Positions 9,641 through 18,434 of a stretch of 64,000 bases of DNA are shown here, piece by piece. This stretch comes from Longimicrobiales bacterium. GTDB taxonomy: Bacteria; Gemmatimonadota; Gemmatimonadetes; Longimicrobiales; Gaopeijiaceae. Numbering within the stretch: the stretch's first letter is position 1; each line of letters opens with the position of its first letter. Where the stretch lies: positions 2,842 through 66,841 of the forward strand of contig JAPKDG010000003.1 of the NCBI GenBank assembly GCA_028822645.1. The letters are read 5' to 3'. The position numbers and the translations under genes were made by a program. The notes under the pieces were generated by a model. The model made no database searches and was not told the DNA's origin. It saw only the letters and a list, made by a program, of their open reading frames with translations.

Positions 9641-10503
9641 TAATCGGTAACTTGAACTCGCACATATCCATTAGTCCAACAACATTGGTCTCCACCCGTA
9701 CTATCGTTAGCGTCCCAATTGTCCACTCTCACCCTAAGTACATAGTTGCCTGGCTCGCTAAAAGTGACCGTTGTAACCGCCTCTCCTTCTCCTTCTTCTA
9801 AAACCATCGACCGATCTTCGAAGCTGACTTCTCCAAAAGGGCCCTGGTGTTTGTACCATAACAACCTGAGAGAGACACCATCCCGATTTGCGATATCATC
9901 CTCTGCTCTAACAGAAATTTCAGATGCCCATACAGTCAATTCCATAGGATCTCCTACGGTGGCAGAGCGAATTTCATCTAACATGATTCCTGTGGGATGT
10001 TGCCCTCTCGCCTCGCTACCTTCTAAGCTGACGAGTGGTGGCACGGAACCCATTGCGCGAGGTCCATAATCGAGCTGGAAGGCATCCACCCCTACTCTTC
10101 CAGGCACTGAATAGGTCACGTCGTTCGCCGTGATAGTCCAAACAACCCTTCTCTCTTCATCAGCAAACGAAGCGGGCACAGTCACGGTAAAAACACCCCT
10201 GTCCCTTCTGGGACTATTCGGAAAATGAGTAGGTTGCATTCCATCGAACTCTGCTGGTTCAATGAAATTGTCTGGCCCTAAAGGCACGTCCAGAGATTCT
10301 TCAAGATTCAGGTTAAAATGACCGAAAGAAAAAGTGAAAGTTCCATCAGTGTTACGATACCAACCCTCGAAAAACGGAGCTACCGGCTCACCTGTAGGTG
10401 GGCGTGGAGCAAGAGGCAACCTCTGTACTTGCTGACCATAGGCTTCTGTTCCCAGAACCAAGGCCAATACTAACAGTCTTCCAACCATCCAGTAGCTCCT
10501 CAT
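9640..10503 (-). CDS. Secreted hypothetical protein (C-terminal GGDQCCWTNGY motif)
   Basis: The ORF is open to 10545. I prefer the ATG at 10503 because AGGAGG lies 8 nt upstream and a signal peptide (LLVLALVLGTEAYGQ) follows. I recognise no family. Confidence 0.6.
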   Translation of the reverse strand: MRSYWMVGRLLVLALVLGTEAYGQQVQRLPLAPRPPTGEPVAPFFEGWYRNTDGTFTFSFGHFNLNLEESLDVPLGPDNFIEPAEFDGMQPTHFPNSPRRDRGVFTVTVPASFADEERRVVWTITANDVTYSVPGRVGVDAFQLDYGPRAMGSVPPLVSLEGSEARGQHPTGIMLDEIRSATVGDPMELTVWASEISVRAEDDIANRDGVSLRLLWYKHQGPFGEVSFEDRSMVLEEGEGEAVTTVTFSEPGNYVLRVRVDNWDANDSTGGDQCCWTNGYVRVQVTD

Positions 10504-10638
10504 TTGCATTCCCTCCTGATGTCGAAAAAAATAAAATGCAGTCAAGCTGATCTTTGGGTATCAAACTGAAAGGACCTCTAAAACTTTCTCGGGAGTTTAA
10601 GGCCGTACACTAGATCGCATATCCCCAAACTTCAACCA

Positions 10639-11544
10639 CTATTTCCGACCAGCTCTATATTTCTCGATCGCATCTACGGTTAATCGAGTACGATAGTCAA
10701 TCAACATCCGTCCCAAAGACTGGGTCTTCGCAAGAGGCAATAAGCTGATTCCATTAATGGAAGCCCTATCAGCTTCCACTCTTTGTTCGAATCGAATTGA
10801 AGTCGGATCAATCACTGACATGATGGAGGTTATTGACAATTCTTCGTGGATCCCGTCAGATCCACTACTCGCCCCATATTCCATTTCCTCTGGGATACCT
10901 AAAGTTTCCTGAATATACTGGCGAACCTTATCGTGATTGTAAAACTCTGGAACATGATGAAAATCAGTGGGTTCTCCTCCATATCGATTATTGAGAGCGT
11001 CGGCTGCAGCCTGCATGCCACGTCGATTTCCGCCACTGTCTCCCAAGAAATAAACCTGTCTAAACCCCATGCCTCTCAGGCTGTCACCTATGTCGGTCAG
11101 CCAAGAAATATACGTCCCCTGGGAAACCATTGGACCCGTATTTCCTAACGTAACTGGCCCACTGGGGTTCCCTGGTTCCAAGGTAACCAAAGGAGCAATT
11201 AGAGTTCCTCCCAGAGCGGTCGCTATCGATGCTCCCATCAACTTGTTCGAATAATTGTGCTTACCTGAAGCTAGGTGTGGGCCATTGGATTCGACCCCAC
11301 CAGTGAGAACAAGAGCAGTCGTATCACCCGCACGGATGGCATCACGGATCTCCATCCAGGTCAATTCTTCAATCCAAAGACTACTAAGAGCTCTTATGGG
11401 TCGTTGAGCAGTGGCTAGTTCAGCTTGACGAGCAGCCTGTCTTGCTTCTATCTGCTCAGGCGTTAGTTGCCTCGTCGGTCTCTGTGCTGCAGCATTTGTC
11501 GTCATCAGACCTGCGGCCAGAAAAATCAACCACCTCATTTTCAT
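10639..11544 (-). CDS. Creatininase-family amidohydrolase-like protein, exported
   Basis: 301 aa with a signal peptide ending NAAAQ. TGGVESNGPHLASGKHN resembles the creatininase-family metal-binding region. Confidence 0.55.
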   Translation of the reverse strand: MKMRWLIFLAAGLMTTNAAAQRPTRQLTPEQIEARQAARQAELATAQRPIRALSSLWIEELTWMEIRDAIRAGDTTALVLTGGVESNGPHLASGKHNYSNKLMGASIATALGGTLIAPLVTLEPGNPSGPVTLGNTGPMVSQGTYISWLTDIGDSLRGMGFRQVYFLGDSGGNRRGMQAAADALNNRYGGEPTDFHHVPEFYNHDKVRQYIQETLGIPEEMEYGASSGSDGIHEELSITSIMSVIDPTSIRFEQRVEADRASINGISLLPLAKTQSLGRMLIDYRTRLTVDAIEKYRAGRK

Positions 11545-11596
11545 CTCAACCCCTCAGTTTAGATCATTTTCCCCCTACCAAAACTTAATTCTTCTA

Positions 11597-12964
11597 CTAG
11601 CGATTGCTCCCAAACCCCTGGGCGGCAGTCACCGCATCTTTCTTGGCCTCTCTCTCACTGACTATCCGCTCCAAACCTTTTTGGTTTAGGTGGGTTACAG
11701 CTATCCACGCATGAGACATCTCATCCACAGTCCGACTGCCTCGTGCTTTCCAAACTTCTGGATCTGGGTTGAGAGGATTCTCTGCAGTGTTGTCATACCA
11801 AGCAGTTACCACCAGCACGCTACCTTCAGGCAACAGCGGCGCTACATCATCCTCGTAGATATAACTGTGATGCCACTTAGCATTGAAATTAGTCACCATA
11901 CTGAGAAGTTCTCTTTTGCCGTCCGGATAAATTACTTCCATCGATTTGGCATGGAGATGAACGTGACCGTGTGGCTGGAAACTGTCGATCCGCACAGGGT
12001 GGTCCCACCTAAAGAACCCTTGTGTCATTGCAGTTCCGCCAGGAGCCAGGGCTATATCTCCTTGCAAGGGATAGAGCCTAAGATCTTGGATAAACTCAGG
12101 CTCAAAACCTTCAGGATGGAACCAAATTCCGAGCTCTACTTGATCATCTTCCACCTCATAACCCATGGGATAGTAGTGTGCGTCCCACTCGATCCTTGAG
12201 TCCTTAGGCAGCAGGCGAGCGGCGTCAAATGGCAGTATCTCACCTATCTTACCCATAGCATATTCTGAAAGAGAGGCTGTTTGGCGATATTCACCATCCT
12301 CCTGCAAAACCTGGAGCCTGGGGATAGCGTGGTGAACTACCTCACGACCTTGGCGAGAAGGCCTAGTTTCAAAAGCTTTCACATAGCGATCTTGATCCAG
12401 TCCACTTCCCACTATCGGACGCCACCAGAGATCTCCCCCTTCAGCCGGTACATCGAAAGGCTTTGATTTGATCACATGGTTTGGAGGACCTAAAGTTTCT
12501 TCAAGCTGCCATACCAATTCGTCTGACCACTCTACGGGTGAAGGCATATCTGCGACGTCACCCTCAAGTGATCCGTTGTCCACCCATGTCGCTATTGTCT
12601 TAATCTCATCATCACTCAATCTCCAGTCGCCCTTGATCTCTTGAATCCCCACATCGGTATCAAGGTGGAATGGAGGCATCTCTCGGGTCACAACTTTGTC
12701 TCTTATACGACGGGAATACCTCCTGGCCTGCTCGTAAGTCTCAAGGTGTATTGGAGCTATAGAACCCTCACGATGACAACTCGTACAATTCTCCTGCAAA
12801 ATCGGCATCACATCTTTAGTAAAAGTCACATTCTCATCACTCCGATCCGACGCGAACTCTACTGTTTGTCCAGAACTTTCTTCCACAGAAAACGCCGATA
12901 AAAGAACTATACAAAGAATTGAGGCCATCCGTCCTACATATGAACCAGACAAATTCGTTGCCAT
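11597..12964 (-). CDS. Haem-c motif domain fused to a copper type II (PHM/DBH-like) monooxygenase-like domain
   Basis: 455 aa. VMPILQENCTSCH (CxxCH). Then VVHHA, WDAHYY, QPHGHVHLH and VDEMSH occur in the order of the PHM CuH (HH..H) and CuM (HxH..M) ligand sets. Confidence 0.6.
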   Translation of the reverse strand: MATNLSGSYVGRMASILCIVLLSAFSVEESSGQTVEFASDRSDENVTFTKDVMPILQENCTSCHREGSIAPIHLETYEQARRYSRRIRDKVVTREMPPFHLDTDVGIQEIKGDWRLSDDEIKTIATWVDNGSLEGDVADMPSPVEWSDELVWQLEETLGPPNHVIKSKPFDVPAEGGDLWWRPIVGSGLDQDRYVKAFETRPSRQGREVVHHAIPRLQVLQEDGEYRQTASLSEYAMGKIGEILPFDAARLLPKDSRIEWDAHYYPMGYEVEDDQVELGIWFHPEGFEPEFIQDLRLYPLQGDIALAPGGTAMTQGFFRWDHPVRIDSFQPHGHVHLHAKSMEVIYPDGKRELLSMVTNFNAKWHHSYIYEDDVAPLLPEGSVLVVTAWYDNTAENPLNPDPEVWKARGSRTVDEMSHAWIAVTHLNQKGLERIVSEREAKKDAVTAAQGFGSNR

Positions 12965-13162
12965 AATTCGCTCTCTGATCTAAAGACACAATAAGGGCAT
13001 GCTTCAAAATAAACGTACGGCTTATAACTAATAAGGCAAACACACACACTTACTTCCTGGCACTTTCCTTAGCTTTGGTATCGTCAAAAGTCCTCCAAGA
13101 GGCTAGAATATAGGTTAGGACTCTCTTTTTGACGCTGAAAAATAATTTGAGGTGCCATAAAA

Positions 13163-14950
13163 ATGTCTGGAGAATCCCTCCTTTTTTTCTTCATCATCTT
13201 TGTTACCTTGATTCTCTTCGTCAAAGAGATTTTTCCCATGGACGTCACCGCGTTAGCCTTGCTAACGGTGCTCCTGGCCACCGACCTCCTTTCACTTGAG
13301 GAAGCCATCTCTGGATTCAGCAACCAGGCCGTCCTTACAGTGGGGCTAATGTTTGTATTGAGCTCAGCTCTGGTAAAAACAGGTTTCCTGGAAGTGGTAG
13401 CTGACAAACTCAGCTACGGAAATAAGAACTCATGGGTTACCATAGGATTTTTTCTACTGATAACCAGCATCACCTCTGCATTCATCAACAACACGGCCGC
13501 AGTGGCCATCTTTATCCCCTTAGCGCTGCATTTAAGCCAACGGCTCCATATATCTCCATCTAAACTACTGATACCTTTGTCATACGCTGGAATTTATGGT
13601 GGCACTATTACGCTCATCGGTACTTCGACTAATTTGCTCGTCAACTCAATAGCTGTCGATAATGGAATCACTCCCTTTACAATGTTCGAGTTCTCTCGAA
13701 TGGGGATTATTTTCCTAATAATTGGTACCGCCTACACTGTCTTTATAGTTCCCAGAATCCTCCCCGCAAGAGCTGGAATATCGAGTCTAACAAGGAACTA
13801 CCACATGGCTCCCTATCTAACTGAGATGGAAATTGATGTCGATTCCCCTCTTGTTGGAACCAGCCTGGCCAAACGTGAAATCGGAAAAAATTATGGAGTC
13901 GATATCCTTTCCGTTATAAGAGGAACTTTCAGGTTCGATAGCAACTTCAGAGATCTCATACTGAAGGAAGGAGACATCCTTCTTGTTCACGGAACTTTGG
14001 AACATTTTATCGAACTACGAGACAAGGAAGTCATGCTATTGCTGACTGATATGAAAATAGACCAATCAGAGCTACTTGGCTCAGAGAGTACAATCGTGGA
14101 GGGGCTGGTCACACAAGGATCTGAGTTAATTGGCAAGACGCTTAGAGATCTTGACTTCAGAAATGCCTACGATGGCTTTGTCATGGCAGTAAGGCGAGAA
14201 GAAAAAACCCTAAGAGACAGAGTGTCCAAGATCCCCCTACAATTTGCTGATACACTTTTAATATTTTTGCCCAAATCCAGGCTTGGCGCTCTAAACAATC
14301 ACAGTGGGCTAGCTGTCCTCCAGGAGCTTGATGTTAAAATCCATAAAGTTCGTTTCTGGTGGTTAGCAATAGCCGTTATCCCTCTGATTATGTTGACAGC
14401 TTCACTTGGATGGATCGACATCCTAGAAGCAGCCTTGATCGGCACCGTAATACTCTTATTAGCTAAAAGTATTTCTATCCAAGAAGCTTACAAATCTATC
14501 AACTGGTCCGTAATCATTCTCATCGCAGCATTCGTGCCAGTAGGGATCGCCATGGACCGTTCAGGGGCAGCGGACATAGTTGCTGCCAGCATCATTGGGG
14601 TGGGCAACCTTTTCCCACCAGACATGGCAGCTTCAGCGTCTCTATCAGCACTTTACCTAGTAGCTGCAGTCCTAACCGCCGTGCTTTCTAATAACACCGC
14701 AGCCATTGTTCTAGTACCAGTGGCATTGGCGATCTCCCAACAACTAGGAGTGGACGCAAGGGGACTCCTTTTGGCTGTGTGTTTTGGTGCATCTACATCG
14801 TTCATGACACCTATGGGGTATCAAACCAACCTCATGGTGTATGGACCAGGTAGGTATCATTTCAAGGATTTTGTTACTGCTGGGCTACCCTTGAGCCTAG
14901 CTTTCTGGGTCTTGGCTACTATATGTATTCCGAAGTTTTGGCCGTTCTAA
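13163..14950 (+). CDS. SLC13/DASS-family anion permease with two central TrkA-C (RCK_C) domains
   Basis: 595 aa. Two multi-TM halves (NNTAAVAIFIPL and SNNTAAIVLVPV repeats) flank two soluble TrkA-C-like segments (GDILLVHG..., ADTLLIF...). Confidence 0.85.
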   Translation: MSGESLLFFFIIFVTLILFVKEIFPMDVTALALLTVLLATDLLSLEEAISGFSNQAVLTVGLMFVLSSALVKTGFLEVVADKLSYGNKNSWVTIGFFLLITSITSAFINNTAAVAIFIPLALHLSQRLHISPSKLLIPLSYAGIYGGTITLIGTSTNLLVNSIAVDNGITPFTMFEFSRMGIIFLIIGTAYTVFIVPRILPARAGISSLTRNYHMAPYLTEMEIDVDSPLVGTSLAKREIGKNYGVDILSVIRGTFRFDSNFRDLILKEGDILLVHGTLEHFIELRDKEVMLLLTDMKIDQSELLGSESTIVEGLVTQGSELIGKTLRDLDFRNAYDGFVMAVRREEKTLRDRVSKIPLQFADTLLIFLPKSRLGALNNHSGLAVLQELDVKIHKVRFWWLAIAVIPLIMLTASLGWIDILEAALIGTVILLLAKSISIQEAYKSINWSVIILIAAFVPVGIAMDRSGAADIVAASIIGVGNLFPPDMAASASLSALYLVAAVLTAVLSNNTAAIVLVPVALAISQQLGVDARGLLLAVCFGASTSFMTPMGYQTNLMVYGPGRYHFKDFVTAGLPLSLAFWVLATICIPKFWPF

Positions 14951-14952
14951 AA

Positions 14953-15158
14953 ATGCCCCACAGTGTGCGCCGTCATCTGGGCATCGAACTTGAAAGCTAC
15001 GATCAGAAGATCAGGCCTGGAAGCACTTCGAAGAATGGGCAAAAGAAGACGCCTATTTCTCTTTTTTCGATGAGCTGCAAGCTCTCGAAAACGCTGGATT
15101 TAATCCACACTGTATGTGGCGTGAAGGACCGAGCACAGTATTAATTAGAAGGCGCTAA
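14953..15158 (+). pseudogene. Remnant of a class I SAM-dependent methyltransferase (N-terminal and C-terminal ends only, in different frames)
   Basis: Frame 1 reads MPHSVRRHLGIELESYDQKIR and then degenerates. Frame 3, from about 14997, reads ...DQAWKHFEEWAKEDAYFSFFDELQALENAGFNPHCMWREGPSTVLIRRR*. The central Rossmann core is absent. Confidence 0.4.
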
Positions 15159-15211
15159 ATTCAAGCAGAAAAAGAAATTGAGAAATTTCCTTCAAATAAA
15201 TAGGAGAAATC

Positions 15212-15754
15212 ATGTGCACAGCGAAATTGTCTATTTCAATCAATTTGATGGCATTCGGACTATTCCTGTCCTACGCCCCTGTAATTGCCCAAGTCCCCTT
15301 ACCTGCCACAGATGTCTATGCCAGTACAATCGCAGCTACAGTAGAAGAAGCGATCTCTGAATCAAGGACTGATACACCGATAAGCACCGTGGATGCAGGA
15401 GGACACAATGTCGGAATCGGCGTAGTACAGAGAGCCGCTGGAAATACTCTCGGTGGAGCACTCCACAATAGAGTGACCGAAGTCTACTCAATACTGGAAG
15501 GCACAGGAACCTTGGTCACGGGGGGATCTCTCTTGGATCCAATCATCAGAGGAAATGTCGCTTCCCAAGTTACACAAATCAATGGTCCTGGGGTGAGTGG
15601 GTCGGGCATCACTGGAGGTGTTAGTAGAGTATTACGTAAGGGCGACATGGTCATCGTTCCTGCAGGTACACCGCACTGGTGGAGTTCCGTAGAGGAATCT
15701 GTGATTTACACTGTAGTACGTGTCGATCCAGACCAGCTTGTAACTTTACGATAG
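15212..15754 (+). CDS. Exported cupin-domain protein
   Basis: 180 aa with a signal peptide ending VIAQ. C-terminal GDMVIVPAGTPHWW cupin motif. Confidence 0.6.
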   Translation: MCTAKLSISINLMAFGLFLSYAPVIAQVPLPATDVYASTIAATVEEAISESRTDTPISTVDAGGHNVGIGVVQRAAGNTLGGALHNRVTEVYSILEGTGTLVTGGSLLDPIIRGNVASQVTQINGPGVSGSGITGGVSRVLRKGDMVIVPAGTPHWWSSVEESVIYTVVRVDPDQLVTLR

Positions 15755-15882
15755 ACATTTTAGGGATTTCAAAGGCAAGACACTGGTGTTGTATTATCTC
15801 CAATTTTGAGACGCTGGCTCACTAATTTGCAAAAAGTAGGTTCATCTCAAGAATCCACCAAAGGGCAATAATTGCATCTAAT

Positions 15883-16053
15883 TTAGACTGGATATGGGTA
15901 GGGCACGTTCTCGTAGTTAATGGCAGTAGGAATCCAATCATGGGGAGGTTCTTCTGGCGGCTGATCCTGACCCTTCAATCCTTCGCCGGTAAAAGGTAGT
16001 GCCAAAACAACAGTTACTAGGTAAATACCAGATAAAGTTCCTCTCGTCGACAT
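15883..16053 (-). CDS. Small (56 aa) Pro-rich exported peptide, below the ORF-track cutoff
   Basis: My own translation: MSTRGTLSGIYLVTVVLALPFTGEGLKGQDQPPEEPPHDWIPTAINYENVPYPYPV*. GGAGAA lies about 7 nt upstream of the ATG. It sits directly downstream of MORN paralogue 2 on the same strand. Confidence 0.3.
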   Translation of the reverse strand: MSTRGTLSGIYLVTVVLALPFTGEGLKGQDQPPEEPPHDWIPTAINYENVPYPYPV

Positions 16054-16130
16054 ATTTTATTCTCCGTGCAGCCTTTCAAATCAAATAAGAATCTGACGAA
16101 CACCAAGTCGTTCACCCTCACATTCCATCT

Positions 16131-16562
16131 TTAAGGACAAGCAGGATGGCTGTCCTCGGTTCCGTCCACATCGAACCACTCACCACAACGAGCACCTTTA
16201 TTATAGGCACCTTTAGCGATCATTTTACCATCGAAATAGTATCTCTCTAACGGTCCATCGAACTCGCCATTAGAATAGCTGATTTTCGACTCTAATTGAC
16301 CGTTAAAATAATAAGTTTCGTAGATTCCATGCCAATGTCCATCTCTCAAAGTTCCTAATTCTCTGGTCTTAGTCGGATCAGTTTCAAATACCGAGATCAC
16401 ATCTCCCGAGTACGGCTCACCGCTAGAGGAACTCACGAATACCCCGTCCTGAAAAACCAATTCACTCATCGCCATTCGTTGATCTTGTCCTTTTAAATTG
16501 CTCGTCCCAAAAAACATCAAACACACTAGTAATTTCGCTACCAATGAGAATCTCAACATCAA
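16131..16562 (-). CDS. MORN-variant repeat (YwqK-like) exported protein, paralogue 2 of 3
   Basis: 143 aa. EPYSGDV, GTLRDGHWHG and C-terminal CGEWFDVDGTEDSHPACP are shared with 9149..9640 and 39432..40058. Confidence 0.7.
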   Translation of the reverse strand: MMLRFSLVAKLLVCLMFFGTSNLKGQDQRMAMSELVFQDGVFVSSSSGEPYSGDVISVFETDPTKTRELGTLRDGHWHGIYETYYFNGQLESKISYSNGEFDGPLERYYFDGKMIAKGAYNKGARCGEWFDVDGTEDSHPACP

Positions 16563-16710
16563 ATCTCCTTATCTGAATGACATTCACCGTCTGAGATATT
16601 CTGACACCATATCCCAAAAATTCGCAAGGTAGGGGAATTTCCAGAATGCCAGATATTAACGAACTGTAGCTACCGATCCTTCGCTGACGACTCCAAACTA
16701 TCTGTTTTAA

Positions 16711-18363
16711 TCAGGGTGTCTTTTTTCTCAAAACCTTGCCTGAACGCACATCTCGATAGACTCCATCCTCTATCGCAATCTTCCCATTAACCAATACCCA
16801 CTCTACTCCAACAGGATACTGATGAGGGTCCTGAAATGTTGCTCGATCGATAATGGTTTCAGAATCGAATACGACTAGATCCGCAAACCAACCTATTTCC
16901 ACCTGGCCTCGCTCTGGCAATCCAATCCGTCTAGCCGGCATTGAAGTCATTTTACGAACGGCCTCTTCAAGTTTCAAAATTCCTCTTTCCCTAGAATATA
17001 AGCCCAAAACTCGTGGGAACGTTCCATACCAACGGGGGTGAGGATGTCCGTCACCTAGAGCCACCAATCTGCCATCAGACCCTATCATAGTCTGGGGGTG
17101 AGACATTATCGCTTCCACATCTGCCTCGTCCATGGCATGATAAATCCCGTTGGCACCTCCACGCCGAACTGACTCAATAACCAGTTCGGCTCCAATTGCT
17201 GGAGTTGGTTCAAGCCCATCTCGAACAGCCCAGTCGTACAATGTTTTTCCCTCGAGGGACTTGTCCCACGACACCTTCGAAAACTGAACTCTTCTCAGAT
17301 CATTACCTCCTCGATCATATTTGATATTGAACTCAATACCAGACAGAATACTATCAGCAAGACCTGGGTCTTCCATTCTAGTCAGAAGGGCATCTGTGCC
17401 ACCCTCCATGGCCCAGGTGGGAATCAAAATTGTTATACCCGAATGGCTCGCAGTATAGGGATACTGATCGATCATGGCATCTGTGCCAGCAGCACGCGCT
17501 GAATCTACCATGTTTAGAGTAATGCTAGACGACCCCCACATGGGTTGGCCGACCACCTTGTGATGGGTAAGTACAACCGGAATCCCGGCTTGCCTCCCTA
17601 TCTCGAGAGCTTCTGAAACGCTCTCTAAAAGGCCCAAGCCTTCATCTCTAAGGTGAGAAGTATAAAATCCCCCGTAAGGGACCACCATAGCGGATAATGC
17701 CACCAATTCAGTTAGATCTGCAAAAGCACCTGGAAGATACTTAAGTCCAGTTGAGATACCCCAAGCGCCCTCAATCATACCCTGCACAACCATATCCTGC
17801 ATCCGAGTCAGCTCTGAAAAAGTGGGGGGCCTGTCTTCCAAGCCAATCACCTCACGACGAACTGTATTATGCCCCACCATAAATCCGACATTTAGCCCGA
17901 CCCCAATCTCATCTGCGCGGTCCAAGTACGATACCAACGGCCAGGGGGCTGTTCCATCTGGCCCACCAAGCGCAGTGGTTACACCTTGACGAACGTGACT
18001 TTCACCACCCGGCAAAGTAAATAGAGGGTCTAAATGTGTATGGATATCTACAAAACCTGGGCTTATGACCTTCCCTGTCGCATCAATCACCTTTTTAGCT
18101 AATTGGATACTTAGTGGAGTAGATGACACCGCGACTATCCTGTCTCCCTGAATAGCCACATCAGCCATAAATCGAGGTTCTCCAGTACCATCTACTACAG
18201 TGCCACCTTGAATGAGAATATCCCACTTTTGCTCTGCTGACTGCTTAGAATCGATGATCTGAGCATTCAGTAGGACCGTTGCGGCAACTTGAGCAAACAG
18301 TGTCGGGATAAAGATCCGCCATGGATTTGACATACGCCCCCTAGGATGATCGTAAACAATCAC
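16711..18363 (-). CDS. N-acyl-D-amino-acid deacylase (D-aminoacylase) family amidohydrolase
   Basis: 550 aa. GFVDIHTHLD metal motif, VVLTHHKV, and a C-terminal beta-sandwich ending VNGKIAIEDG. The start may instead be Met11 (18333). Confidence 0.85.
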   Translation of the reverse strand: MIVYDHPRGRMSNPWRIFIPTLFAQVAATVLLNAQIIDSKQSAEQKWDILIQGGTVVDGTGEPRFMADVAIQGDRIVAVSSTPLSIQLAKKVIDATGKVISPGFVDIHTHLDPLFTLPGGESHVRQGVTTALGGPDGTAPWPLVSYLDRADEIGVGLNVGFMVGHNTVRREVIGLEDRPPTFSELTRMQDMVVQGMIEGAWGISTGLKYLPGAFADLTELVALSAMVVPYGGFYTSHLRDEGLGLLESVSEALEIGRQAGIPVVLTHHKVVGQPMWGSSSITLNMVDSARAAGTDAMIDQYPYTASHSGITILIPTWAMEGGTDALLTRMEDPGLADSILSGIEFNIKYDRGGNDLRRVQFSKVSWDKSLEGKTLYDWAVRDGLEPTPAIGAELVIESVRRGGANGIYHAMDEADVEAIMSHPQTMIGSDGRLVALGDGHPHPRWYGTFPRVLGLYSRERGILKLEEAVRKMTSMPARRIGLPERGQVEIGWFADLVVFDSETIIDRATFQDPHQYPVGVEWVLVNGKIAIEDGVYRDVRSGKVLRKKTP

Positions 18364-18434
18364 TTTAATATCGTAACTAGCTTGAGGACCATGACAGCAA
18401 GCTGTTTGTCCTCCCCTTCATACACCAAGATTTT

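Noticed and set aside
11690-12199. 169-aa plus-strand ORF inside the haem-PHM gene
   Set aside because: It is antisense to a gene with clear motifs and has no independent support. The same reasoning applies to 41260..41721, 30699..31148, 26553..26948, 24953..25312, 1182..1508 and similar entries.
13084-13407. 107-aa minus-strand ORF overlapping the SLC13 transporter start
   Set aside because: It is antisense to the well-supported transporter and has Lys/Arg/Ser-rich junk-like composition.
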